A DNA stretch of 64,000 bases from Trichoplax adhaerens (taxonomy: Eukaryota > Animalia > Placozoa), in NCBI RefSeq assembly GCF_000150275.1, contig NW_002060946.1, positions 2,313,454 to 2,377,453 of the forward strand, given 5' to 3'. A program made the translations under genes and the position numbers. Below the pieces are notes generated by a model. It was not told the origin of the DNA. It saw nothing but the letters and a program-made list of their open reading frames with translations, and made no database searches. Shown piece after piece: positions 13,395 to 26,800 of the stretch (positions are counted from its first letter, which is position 1; each line of letters opens with the position of its first letter).

Positions 13395-13720
13395 AATGAT
13401 TGAGGCGTTGGACGTGACGCACGCCACGGTGAGTGAAGTGAATCGATTCAGTCAACCGTCTGCTTCACTTGTTGGCGACAGATAACGGCGAGCTCAGTGC
13501 AATACGGTACAGTACACGACAGTTACCGTACATTACTGTAGTGTACAGTACTGTACTGTACTGTACAGTGTACTGTACAGTGACATTCAATCGGTGTCAT
13601 AGTAAAGACTGTAGATCTTTCCGACGTGCTAAACCACGCTTGCGTCAACCATGGCGGGAAATTCCAACTCATTCATACCTGATCAACCTCATACTGCATT
13701 CACTTCAGAAAAGAGAGAAA
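13395..13720. promoter_or_regulatory. Bidirectional TAZ/MCM10 promoter with E2F site (TGGCGGGAAA, 13652-13661), CRE-like TGACGCA/TGCGTCA sites and a TACAGTA/TACTGTA cluster
   Basis: The two ATGs are ~335 bp apart on opposite strands. The region is GC/CpG-richer than its flanks. The reverse complement TTTCCCGCCA is a canonical E2F site ~65 nt upstream of the MCM10 ATG. Confidence 0.7.
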
Positions 13721-13724
13721 CAAC

Positions 13725-16700
13725 ATGAACAACATGGCTGACCCAGGTTAGCATTAAATGATAGCTGTAAAAATAGGATAAGCATTGCAAAAAGGGCAAG
13801 ATGGATTAATGATTTCAGTGATAAATGATAGAATGGATCTATCTCTACTTTATTTCTTAAAGACCATTTGTATTCAATGATAGCTGTGAAAAATAGAATA
13901 AAATTTCAAAAGTTGACTAGGCTACGAGTAGTTGCATCACCTTTCATCAGTGATAAATGATACAATTCATCTAGTTCTATACGGTTTCTAAAAGACATTT
14001 TGCTTAGTATTCAATGAGAGCTGTCAAAACGGGAAGTCAAATTTCAAGATGGCAAGATAGACTAGTTGGTTACATCTCTGATAGCGGATAGAATGGATCT
14101 ATTTCTGTACTATTTCGAAAAGATAGTTACCGTACAGTGTATTCGTAATCAATGATAGCGGTGAAAAATGGGATAGAAAATTTTAAAGATGGCAAGATAT
14201 ACCGTTTATCTCGGTGATTAATGATCGAATTCATTTATTTCTATATTTTTCTAAAGACAATTTTGAAACGCTCCTGTCATTAATGGACGAAAAAGAAGAT
14301 GCAAACCATAGCATAAATGATACAAATTTTTCCATGGTAGATGCTTTAAGTAAGTCTTGTTTCAGATGATTTGCAATTTCTACCACAAATTATCAAAGTA
14401 AAATTCCTCCTTCGAAACTTGACAGTTTTAAGACCCTTAACCTTATAAACTCGTGTAATACTGCTACTCTAAGAATCTGGCTAAGCTCAAATTAAACGAC
14501 TGTAATGTTGTAAATGATGATATGGGTAGTTTGTACTCGACGGTAATGAGCTACTTCTTGAAAATAATACGACCTAAATGGAGAAATAGTTCTTGACCAG
14601 CATATAACTTGCTATACACCTGTTAATACGAAATGTATAACTATTTTCAATGATACATTAAAAATGGAAGTAACTTTAATAAATAGCTTAGCAATGAAAC
14701 AAAATAATACTGTAGATGATCCAAGTATGATCTGGCATTGAACGGTAATAACCTAGAGTATAAAAAGATTGCAGCACGGTCTAGTATGATAATTGGCAAA
14801 TATTTAACCGTGTATGCTCTGAAAGCGTACATTAAAAATGTTAAAGGATTTTACAAAATTAATATGAAAATCATGAAAGCCAAGCAGTTCCAATAAAAGA
14901 AATAATAGAAATGACTGAATAGTCTGCATTATTATATCGGATAGTAATAAATGAGATTCTTAAAGCAATGCAAAGCAGTCCAACGTAGTTATGAACGAAA
15001 GAAGTATGCATACAGTATATTATAAGATGTTAATGAATACTTCAGGAAAAATAAACATAAAGCGACGAAATAGAGTTGAACAAGCCGTAATTATACGATT
15101 AATATGACAGCATGAGCAATGTAGCATTGAGAACTAATAAATCGAACTCTAAAATTAATGCAATATATCCCAGTAAAGTTAGCCTGACCTAATCTACATG
15201 CAACGTTAGACAACTTTAATGGATGCTTCCTGTAAAGCAAATTTGAAAAGTTTTCAATCATGAAATCAATTTAAGCAGCTTTTTTTCTTCTTACAGATGA
15301 ATTAGCAAAGTACAAAAATAAATGTAAAACATTAGAAAATCATTTGAACAATTTTAATCATCAACAAGGAAACACGAAACCAACAACGCCCAAGAATTTA
15401 CTGCAGGGTGAAAAGACAAACGCCGGTAAGTACCTGATTATATCTAGCCATTATAAATATCATTGAGGCAAAAGGAGAGCCTTCGTTTTCACTTCTGCAT
15501 GCATAGACAGTAAACTCTCTAGCTTGCTGCTTCAACGAAGCTAGTAGTTATTAAGTCGGTTAGTATTTAAAATTTTGTTATAAAAAAGGTTAAATCTCAT
15601 ACAGCTCAACACTGGCTGTCGTAATTATAACTAATTTATAACGTGCTATCGATCATGGTCAAAATAGTAAAATTATCCGTGATTGGTAATTAAATAAATA
15701 TTTATGCAACGTAATATAACGTATATCATTTAAATGAAAGTTATTTGTTGTTAATTTACCAACTACATATTTTCGATCATGAAATTTTAAGATAAACTGC
15801 TATGATAAATTATGATAGTGTACTAGATCGGATGTAATTTAGTAGACACAAGATTTCTTTTTCAACTATATATAATTAAGAAATTGTAATTGGAATCTGC
15901 CTATTGACTTTATACAACTAATTATTAGATTATAGCAAACATACTACACAACGGCCATTGCAAAAAAAGAAAAACGACATACAAGGTCTGCTTATAGTAA
16001 TACTAGGTGTACAGTAATGTGCGATTGATACTCGTAACTGTAGCATACCTTTTAACAGAATAAATCCAATTGTGGTAGCTTCTTTAAAGGTATTTCACAA
16101 TAATTATTCTGTCATCGTTACTAGCACCAACGAAAAAGTATCAAAATAAATCTGATGCTGATCGAGAGAAATATTCCGGTTTAAGGATAGTGTAAGTCTG
16201 CAAAGAAATTTAAAAATCCCTATCCTTAGGTTTAAATACATTATACTTATCCTTACCAATTTTCTCTGTTACTTATATGTGTAGAAAGCCGGTTATATCA
16301 TCAGTAAGTTTAGACACAAAAATGAAAGATAAGAAGTTCGTTAAACTTTGTGAATTGAAGTGGCAGAAAGACAAATTAAATGATGATAATAATTGGGTAA
16401 TCATGGCAGTAATTATCCAAAAGTTACCCCCTAAACAAGCATCAAATGTAAGGTTGCACGTTAATAAGAATCAATGATAGCGAAAATTATCAATCTACTA
16501 TATTTGCAATCAAATATCTTATAGTAACTTGACTTAAAATGAATACTAATCATTTAAAGCAAACCATTCTTTACGTTTTATTATTGCATACATGTTCGGT
16601 CCAATAGCACCCATAATACGTATCAGGTTACTTTTTAGAGGCGACAGGATAAACTAAAATCTATAATGCGATGATAGTCTATATCGATTTAACTCTATGC

Positions 16701-19700
16701 CAGTTCATACTGTCTTCCCTAATTTGTTACAGCATTGTACTATGCAATACTAGTGAAAACTAGCCATCCTTTTTACTCGCTTCATATTATCCATAACTGA
16801 ATTCTAAACAAAAGTTTCTCTTTAAATTCTTATTCAGGGTAAAACGTATGGTATCTTAAAATTATCAGATTTTAATACCACCATTTCACTTTTCCTCTTC
16901 GGGGATTCTTACAAAGAACATTGGAAAATAGTTGAAGGAACCGTTATCGCTGTTGTCAATGCAACAGTTATGAAATCGAAAGAGGTTAATTAATGAAATA
17001 AAAATAACATTTCATCTTCTATGAAAATGTTACCTGTTTTTTTGGTAGTTTTGACAAGCTTACTATTCTCAAAGTGATACAATTGTATCTTTTCACCGTA
17101 GGGCAAGAAGTATGACGATATTTCACTATCTCTAGATTGTATTCATAAGTTACTGCCTGTTGGTATGTCCAAAGACATGGGCAAATGCATAGCTACAAGG
17201 AATGATGGTGCTGTATGTACTAATGTGATCGACAGGTAATACTATTGTAGCTTATAATTTTCTTACTGCAGCCTATCTATATTATTCTCTTTCTATCTAT
17301 TCATAAGATCAAAGACTGAATACTGTGACTTTCACATTCACACCGTTTACAAAAAAATGAGATCGCACAGGATGGAATTCCAGCACGGGTATAGATAAAA
17401 TCTGTACATTTACACAACTTCTTTTCATGCACAAATTCTAGAATTACGCGTTAAAACTACAATTTAGTTTAATTTTTTATTATCTTCGTAACTTTTGAAT
17501 GATTCCTGCAGATATGGTGCTCCACATGTACCTAAATATGCTCCTCTTAAAAGGAAGATGGAAAAAGATATATATTTCTACCAAGGGCAGACGTTCATGA
17601 TGAAACCTCCACCTCCGACGAAACAAAATAAAAAAATTTCTCTTAAGGATATAGGTGGTTCGGAAGTAAAGACCGTTTCATTTCCTTTAACACAAACATT
17701 AGCAGGAAGTACTAGCGTTAATAATTCCCGTGTAGAATCTGTGAGAGAAAATTCAAGTGGTAGCAAAGTTAATAGATCTCCTTTGATTGATCAAGAATCT
17801 TTGTAAGTTATTTAGATCTGTTGCTGTAAAAATGACTGAAAATGTTCACTAATTTTTGATTATACGACTAAACTTTCTTTTCTAGTCGTAAAATGTTACA
17901 AGTTCCTTCCGTTGGCTCACGGAATATAATACAACACCTTACTGATGATCAATTACATAAAGGTAAAATTCCTACTTAAGGCCACCTCGTGCTATTGTGC
18001 TTAATTGCTAATAAAGTAAATAGAATCGTATATTGTAATGGCTTAAACAATCTGTAGTCACTAACAAACGTTCTTATGTAACAGACAGCAAAAATGTGTC
18101 AGAGAAAGCTCTTTCAGCTTCACAATTACTCAAAGTTCATGCTGAAGCCACAAAAACAGGAACTACACCAGTCAATTTTGAAAAAGTTGGCCCGCGCCTT
18201 GGTCGTGGTTTGCTACCGGGTGCCTTTATTAATTTACCATCGAAGATAAGTCGTTGTGCAGCGAAGGTAAGTAAATTATGTAGGCAATCTGTGCGAATCT
18301 TTTGTTTTCTACAATTGATGTGGAGGGCTTAAATTGAAATTTGATTTAAACCCTCTCTATAAAATGCACTGTACTATGTTTAAAGTAAAAATACATGAAA
18401 ATTTGATTTGTGATATTGTACCATATCGTGTGAGTACCGTACAGTACAGTACATCTCGAAAATTTCTAATGGCTAGGTGCATAGGGTTTCAGTTCAATGC
18501 AACCGCAGACTGTATTGCTTTGTAAGATGTTTTGTATATTTACGCATAAAATTCTTTTTTAAGTATAGGTATATCTCCATTATTACTAGTAGCTATTATA
18601 AATTTGTAAAACACCAGCTGATTGAGCCTCTTTAATAACAAGTTGCATATTTCAATGAGGTCATTAACGGTTGTGACCAATGTTACCAAGCGATAGTCTC
18701 GACCACTTGTTGAACAATGACCAACATATTCTTAATCTGATATGTAAATATTGTCATTTTAACATGATAGACTGTTTATAAATTACTTCTCACATCGACA
18801 GAACATGTACATTATGATTAGCTTATTTAACTATCTTGCGTAGATATCGATTCTTTACTCCTAACAATGTTATTAATTTTATTAGCAAAGAGCAATAGCT
18901 ATTGTCAAACAAAAGCCCTTAAAAAATGTCGATCCTAATAGCACGTCAGTTACGCTAACGGAAAAGGACCTTCAACGAATCAACAAACGACGAGAAGATA
19001 ACGTCGAACGTTCAAATCGTCAATTAGAGAAAAATAGCAACTGTACGACATAATCGTTAAAAATGCATCCGCTCTTTATTAAGTCAGTACACTTTTAGTT
19101 GTAACTTATCGACTATTTTGTAATCGTGTTAATAGCCAACCAAGACAACAAAGATTCTCCACCGGTAAAGAAGAAGCGAAAAGGAATACTTGGAGATTTG
19201 AATACCATAGATTTACAATCTCCTGAGGGTCAACTGTTATTAGAAGCAAAATCAGCTTTTGAAAATATTGTAACTGATGTAAGCAACATTAATTTAGTGT
19301 ATCCAAAATTAAATAAGCTAATTGTAATCGATTTCAAATTTAGATGGATTTGGAAAGGCAAGAACTATATTTCCAGGAATTAGAACGAAAAGAAAAAATA
19401 TATGATCAGCTCCAATCAATTCGAGATCAAACTGTATCGGCATATCACTGTAAAGCGGTAACTGAATATATATACTCGTATATGTTGAATTTATAATGGC
19501 AGTGTTACGGAGAAACGGATTAGAAGAGTAATTTTAATGAAACGAGACATTCCTGTGATCTTTCTATTACAGTGCAGATATACTGCCCAGAGCATCTCTC
19601 CACTTTGCAAGGAGCACAATCATACAGTTAATCGTATCAAAGCAAGGAAGCGATTTTTTGAATGTAGAAATTGTAATTATAGGACTATCACATACAATCA

Positions 19701-20063
19701 AATTATACCGATAGTGCCTTGCCGGTAAATCAGCTGTAACTCCTGTGTTTATCATATATTGTAAATAGTGAAGATTCATAAATTTCAACATTCTTAAATT
19801 AAACAGTTAGGCTCACTGCTTTTATTTTTCCTAGGAAATGTCAAGGTATCAACTTCAAAAAAACTGGGATGTACAAGGTAAATTAATATTGTTTTCATTT
19901 CCAAAGCCACGAACTTTGTCAATACTTTTACCTTTACCCTATACAGTCATTACAACGTAATAATATTTCTTTTTTAAAGGAAAAAGAAGGTCCAAAGGCT
20001 GATCGAGATATTTTGCTACCTCGTGGTGTTGAACATCCAAATTTTTTGAACAGTCTGCGATAG
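13725..20063 (+). CDS. MCM10: DNA replication factor MCM10
   Basis: Exons give MNNMADP-DNFETLLSLMDE, REKYSGLRIV-KPVISS, NWVIMAVIIQKLPPKQASN-GKTYGILKLSD..SLFLFGDSYKEHWK (OB fold), MSKDMGKCIATRNDGAVCTNVID..EYCDFH (zinc finger) and C-terminal KRFFECRNCNYRT..CRKC..KEKEGPK..LLPRGVEHPNFLNSLR* (TAG 20061-20063). Confidence 0.95.
13750..14256 (+). repeat. Four degenerate ~120-140 bp tandem units making up MCM10 intron 1
   Basis: AATGATAGCTGT(G)AAAAAT.G at ~13758, 13876, 14013 and 14151, each followed by GTGATAAATGATAGAAT..ATCTATTTCTA..TTTCTAAAAGA variants. Confidence 0.85.
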
Positions 20064-20879
20064 TATTTCTTAGCATCAGGATTGAAATTATGGCTTTTTG
20101 GAATTACATGCGCAAAGTATTGTACAAATTTCACTAAAAAGTTACGAGGTACTGCGATAATCATGTAAATAGTTGGTCGTAACTACGACGCCTGTAATAC
20201 CCTTAATCTAAACTAGCTATGGATTCTGTAAAATAAATGACGAAAAGATATGCTATAATTATTCGCGATAATTTTATTCATACTGTATTACTGCATTGAT
20301 GTGGTTAATAGCCAAAGATGATCCCTGCTTTTTTAGTGATTTATCTACTAAATCTATTTACTTATTGAGCTATGAAATGATGATAAATCTAGTAGTTGAT
20401 ATTATTTAGAGTTAACATCTATGTTTGTAGATACTCGTAAGAAAAATGATAATTATCATAAGATTTAAAATCGTACTAAAATTTTATTACATGAAAACTA
20501 ACCTTTTGTGTTATTAAAGAATATGGATGATTTAAATTGCGCTTACGGTACTGAGAATTACATCTTTGAACACATTCAGATTGTTTGTGGTTATACAGTA
20601 ACATATCTTAATACTAAAAATTTGAACTTCATTTTATTACAATAGTAAATATCATTTATTGTAACTGTATCTGCTTATTGTTTTGATCATTAATTGTAGT
20701 TAACAGTGTATGATTCTTACTGGACGAAAAGTTAATTTTAATTACAGATAATGTGATAATACAGTATCATGTTGTCAGCAATTGCTATTGGTGGATACAT
20801 AGATCAGATGATGATAAACCTGTTAACCATTAAAAAATTTTAAGTTGCCGTTTTTAAATCAATGCAACCATAGAATTAT

Positions 20880-23800
20880 TTAGGAATTCATCAGTAAATC
20901 ATTAAGTTCATCGAAGGCATCATCAATAGCTTTCTTGCTCTTAATATCTTTTTCTATCCCAACAAAATGACAGTAAAATGTGTTATCTGTATTGAAATTT
21001 AAAAAACACTTTCGATGATTAAAATATTGACTTACCGACATGAATGGTCTCTTTTGCCTTAAGGTAAATTGATGAATCTTCTTGTGATTTAACTTCTAGC
21101 ATATAGGTTCCAGCTTACCAATAAGATGTAATTTGCTTTTAAGTCACTGTCTTGTATCAAACTTAAATTTTACAAGCAACTTATTTTATGAGATTATTAC
21201 GTAATACTTACAATCAGAAATTTTTAGCTCAGTAAATATAGCCAGCGACGGGTGATCATCGCATGATATCAGAGGCAAAGAGGTTTCACCAATCAATATG
21301 CCGGAGCCTACAAATAAGCATTAACATCCATCAATTCCTATTTCAAATTACATTTTAAATTATTGTAATATATTTTATAATATGATCTACTCTCGCTGAA
21401 GGAATAATAGCATACTTCCACGAATAGTAACTGTTACGATATCATTGCTATGCGGATCTCCTTCCACGGTAAAAGGGTTTAGCTAATGTGAATCAATTTA
21501 CAAATTTGCATCAATAATATGATTATAATTGACATCGAAAGTTAGAAATTCTCTTTACCACATGGTTTTCAACTACCATATTTTGAGGTGGAACTACCCA
21601 TTCCAGTTTTGTCAAGGCACCTGTTGATATTTACAGATACATTGTATTTTAATATAAATTAACTGCTTTACTCTTAATCTAATTATAACTTAATTGTAAA
21701 ATACAAGTGGCAAGCAATCCCTTACTTCGTTTACATGCAGCAATTCGATTGACGATCTTGTCAGCAATTTTACTTGATTTTACCTAAAATACAAAGATAG
21801 CAGAGTTATACGAACTACTATGAACATGCTGTATGTTATCCATCAAATTGTGTTATGTTTCACAGGAAGTTTCATTATGCCCCATCCGATATAATCCATC
21901 TTAACTACAACCACAATTGTGCACTTGCCAATTCAGTAATTTTATCCAATTTTAAATTGAGAAGTTTGGACACTTGATTGTATCCCTAGCCAATTAAAAA
22001 TTTTAATAATGTTGTAATAAATGCTACGTATATCACCGATATTGTAAATACATATGATACCCTAGTTTATTCCTTTAGATAAGAGAATGAATGCTGTTTA
22101 CTAGATTCAACAAGCGCGCAAAATTTTGATTAACTTACGTTAACAGCAAAACTTTCAGCGTATGCGACAAAACCAATTTTATCAAACCAACGCATAACTC
22201 CAAGTTCTAGAAGTTGTAAAAATAAATTACGAATCAGTGGTTCTGTCTTCAGTACCCTAGTACAGATTATTATTATGATACAATTATAATAAATATTTTT
22301 GCAGTATGATAGATAATGCAGCATCAAGCATGGAGGTTTTTTTAAATGTAGTTCTTGCTTATGTAGATAAAGTACTATGTGAAGCATCAAGATATCAAAG
22401 CAAATTTGGTAGCAAAACGAGCTGATTTCAGTACTTCCAAAATAGTTCATATTATACTGTACATTGATTTAATTAGCACTTTTATTTAGATATTATCAGC
22501 AATAACAACAATATTCTATTAACACTTTCATCATCTAGCAGTATCTAAAATGTATGCAGACGACATCACAATAGAAGTCATCACAGAAGTCATGATACAA
22601 CTCCTAATGATCAATGATAGTATATTTGAACAATATATGATAATTTTAATCTATATTATTTCTCCAACAATAGTTTCTTGTTATAATAGAATTAAGATAT
22701 TTCGATAAGACAGTATTCAACGATTATGATAGTGCCTTACCAACTCCATAGAATTTGATGCTATGAAAACATGTTCGATCACCTCCATGATTGTTATATA
22801 TCATTAATCGAAAATACTGACATAAAAAACAAATAAGATCTGAATTATTCCATCTAAATACTGAGAAAGATGCTTTATTGTAGTGACTAATTAATAATAT
22901 GAGAAATAGTGCTTGTAAAGTCATGCAAAAAAGTACTAAAGTTAGACCGTTTTAATATTACATCAACCTTTCTGGTATTTTTTTTACAATCCCTTATAGT
23001 TCCTACCTGACCAATACATTCGAATTCTTTGAAATTTTGTGGTAACCCTAAAAGAATAAATTAAAATCTTTACTATAAACTAACTTGTAGATTAAATGTT
23101 AATTTATTAGACGTTTGAAGATGATACTATGAGCTCTACCTGCTTCAACTAAATTAGATGGTCCACGAAGGTCAGCACTAAACGTTTTTATAGACGTCCA
23201 TGGGCCTCTATTATCATATACACAATAGCTAAGTATTTTATGCAATTTTTCTTTCTTTTTTTAATTCCGTATCAAATACTTCATCTCAATGAAGCAATCG
23301 TAATGAGTAGATCTCCATAAACTAAATTCTTACCTGATAGATCTGCCTCTTTCAATAGCAAATTCTTTAAGCATTTTAGGACTATTCCTGTTGATAGAGT
23401 TAATTATCAATAGCCAAATTATACCATTATGTTTCCTCTTAGAGTCAACATATTTTTAAAATGACACCTTCGATATCTAATTGACCGATGTAATCTCGTG
23501 AATATGCCGAGATGTAATATCTACGTTGATATATCTGATAAGTGATACAAATCATCTCCCAAATATACCGAAAAATATGTTGCTGTTGGTATGCTTAATT
23601 ATCAGTAACCACGTGATATATTATTATACTTGTACATCCTTTGAGTGTTTTAATATATCGTTTAAATTATATACTTTGATAATAAATTGAACGATCAAAA
23701 TAATGTCACAATGATATCTAGAGAAGCGGCAATGGTGCAATCCATTTATATTAAGTAAGTGACTACATTTTAATCAACTAGTCTGTCTTGTACACCAAAT

Positions 23801-26800
23801 ACGTCAGCAGATACTAAACTAGAAAATGAATAGTAATCTAAATGTGTAGCTGATTGATATAATATATTCTTTACTACTATATACCGATCGACATAGATAA
23901 AATCTGAATGCTAGCAAGTAGAAATATTATGACACTTTACCTGCACTGGATTGAGTTCAAACTATGTTTTCATCATTTTATTTTTACTTACCATCCAGTG
24001 ATTCTGATACCAGTAATGATGTGATAGTCATTTAAGTCAAACACTACCTGAAAATAAATCAATCCAACAAAGTTGACTTAATAGATATGTTGTGATATAC
24101 CAAAAAAATCAACTATAACAGAATAGCTTTGTGCTTCTAGCGAATTAAGTACGGACTATCGAGTTGACATCCAGTCCATAACATCAAAATTTTTACAACA
24201 GCAACTTAAATCAAGTAAGTAAATTTTTTATTATTTAAATTTTAATAATTTTAACGAATTCTACAGCAATTGAGATCAAGTAATTACTGTAATACTATTA
24301 GCTAACTCACTGAGCAATATTTTTTGTCATTAAAGACAACATATTTGTTGGGTGTATCTATGGATACAATAAAAAATAAAAAGAGAGCATTAGCTCATTC
24401 TTAAGTATTTTAAATATCGGTGTTTAGTAGTCTACTCCCTAACTTTACTGTTTATAAAAATTGATTAGATAAATGGCTTATTAGTCGTTACTTACCGTTT
24501 AATATATTAACACAGGGATGATTTGGATCACATTCACTAGAATGGAGAGGGTCGTTTCTCGTCCAATAGAGAAAATTTTTAAGTAAAGGATATGATCCTA
24601 AAATATCATTTATATTTTTAAAATTTTACTTTCTCAGTAAAATATTCATTTAATAGACATTAAACTGGTTAATAGTGTACTCTTTTGCATTTAAAAATAA
24701 GATTAAGTTGAAATATCCATATAATCTACGAACTATGGTATTAAAGAAAGGATGAAGTAAAACTTGGTAAATGTCAATGACGGATACGTATGCAGATTTT
24801 AAGCTTTGCTAAGGGTATATTTGTAATGTATAATATCTGAATCTAGCCTGGACTAAATCGCAGTAAAACAATCTTCTAAATATCAGCTATGACATTAAAT
24901 ACATCGAGAATCTTTAATTAACCATTAATCAACTCCTAACACTGAAATTGTCAAAATTTGAATACTGAAAGTTACTTTTTTCCATATCCGTTATATAAGC
25001 CTGTTTAGGCCTAGCAGGCTTGGCTATTGGAATCGTCTATAATATAGTTTAATAATTATATATATAATTAGGTCATTAATTTCAATTGCCTGAAAGTATT
25101 TGATATAAAATGGAAAATAAATTATTTATAATTAAAGCAAAAACTTTCTTTTATTTGTTTATGATTGTAGTGAATGAACATCTTCTTGCATTACCTTAGG
25201 AGTTCGAACAGTTTTATGTTCATATTCTAATTGAGAAGGAAAATAAATTAATTTAATAAAAGATTATAATACCGATTTGAATGTAAGACACTCCTACGCT
25301 GTGTATATTAGTATTTCTTGCACATAGTAAACTATGATAAATCATTACAAGATCTATTAGTGTTCGTAGGAAGATATAATATAAAGGAAATTGTTGCTAT
25401 ATAAAACCTTTAATCATTTCGCGAAATTCAGCTGCAATATTCTCGGGAATGGTCTTTAAACAATCGAGTGGAACCTTTAAATAACAATAAATTATCACTT
25501 AAAACTGTATACTGAAATCGTATAAGTAGACTATAACAGTTATTTCTGTTCCACTAAAATGAGCTGAGATCAAAGCACAATTAATATGTCTAGTCATTTT
25601 GGTATATTAACCAGTAAAATGCTCTGCAAAATTTTAGTCAATTTCTAATGCCTACTTCTATTCTACTACAAATTCTAATATCTAATAAAAGTTATTAAAG
25701 TTATGTAATTGAATTTTATTAAACCGTTTTCAATGACTATTTCCTTCTATTATAACTTCTAATTATAAAATGAGACTATCACATGAATCCTTACTAATCT
25801 GTAGTCGTAGAGTAGTGATTAGAAAAGTACCCTTATAATGAATTAAATGATTTATAAGGCCTATTTCTACTTCATTACACGTATACGTGAACAAGCTAAA
25901 AGGATTGCAGTATAGATTATTTTCTATCTGTAATCGAATAGAAGCCACTAGAATGTATTATCGCTTTCCTTACTTGTCCTTTCCAATTTTTGTGATTGGG
26001 ATCTGCACCAAATTCTAATAATAGCCTAGCGATATCCGTTCTATAGCAATTTAGTAAAATGAAACCAAATTTTTTCTCAAAATCAGCAACTAAACGCTGT
26101 TACAGCTTCCAGTTTTATCTTGGCATCTTGATTTATTCCATCTACCTACCTATAATACCGAATTGCCTCATGAAGAGCACACGTTCCTGATTGAAAAAAA
26201 TGGAAATTATTAGACATCTATGAGTACTTTCTCAAGTCTTGTATTCTGAACTGGGTATTATGAATGAAATACAATTTCCGCTAAATTGTCTAATTAAACT
26301 AAGTAGTGAAAATGTGATAAGAAAACTTTATCATGATATCTTTAAATGCAGCTAGAATCAGCGAAAATTATTATTACTTCTAACCTGTTAATGAATCGTC
26401 CAAGTTGGGATCCATGCCAGCATCCAGAAGGATTTCAACGATAGCAGTCCGACCTGTAATAATTATAATAATGAATACGATAGTAGTTCCGCATAATTTT
26501 CTACAGATAGGAAGAGCCGAATAGGTTAAGAACCTGTTTTTGATGCTTCTATCAATGAATAGGTCGAGGAAATCAGTTTGGGTTGATGATCCAGTAATAA
26601 TGAAACAATTTCTACCAGTTGAATTCCATATTTAAATACATAATTAAAGAAGGAAAAAGTTATCAACGTGCAAAATGGAGAAGATTCTTTGGTGCATCGG
26701 GTAATTGAAATTAAAGGATACAAAATTCCACTTGCGTTCTATCTGCAACATAACTAGGTATGATCTATTGCATATAAAATCCCTTTTAGGCTATTAATTA

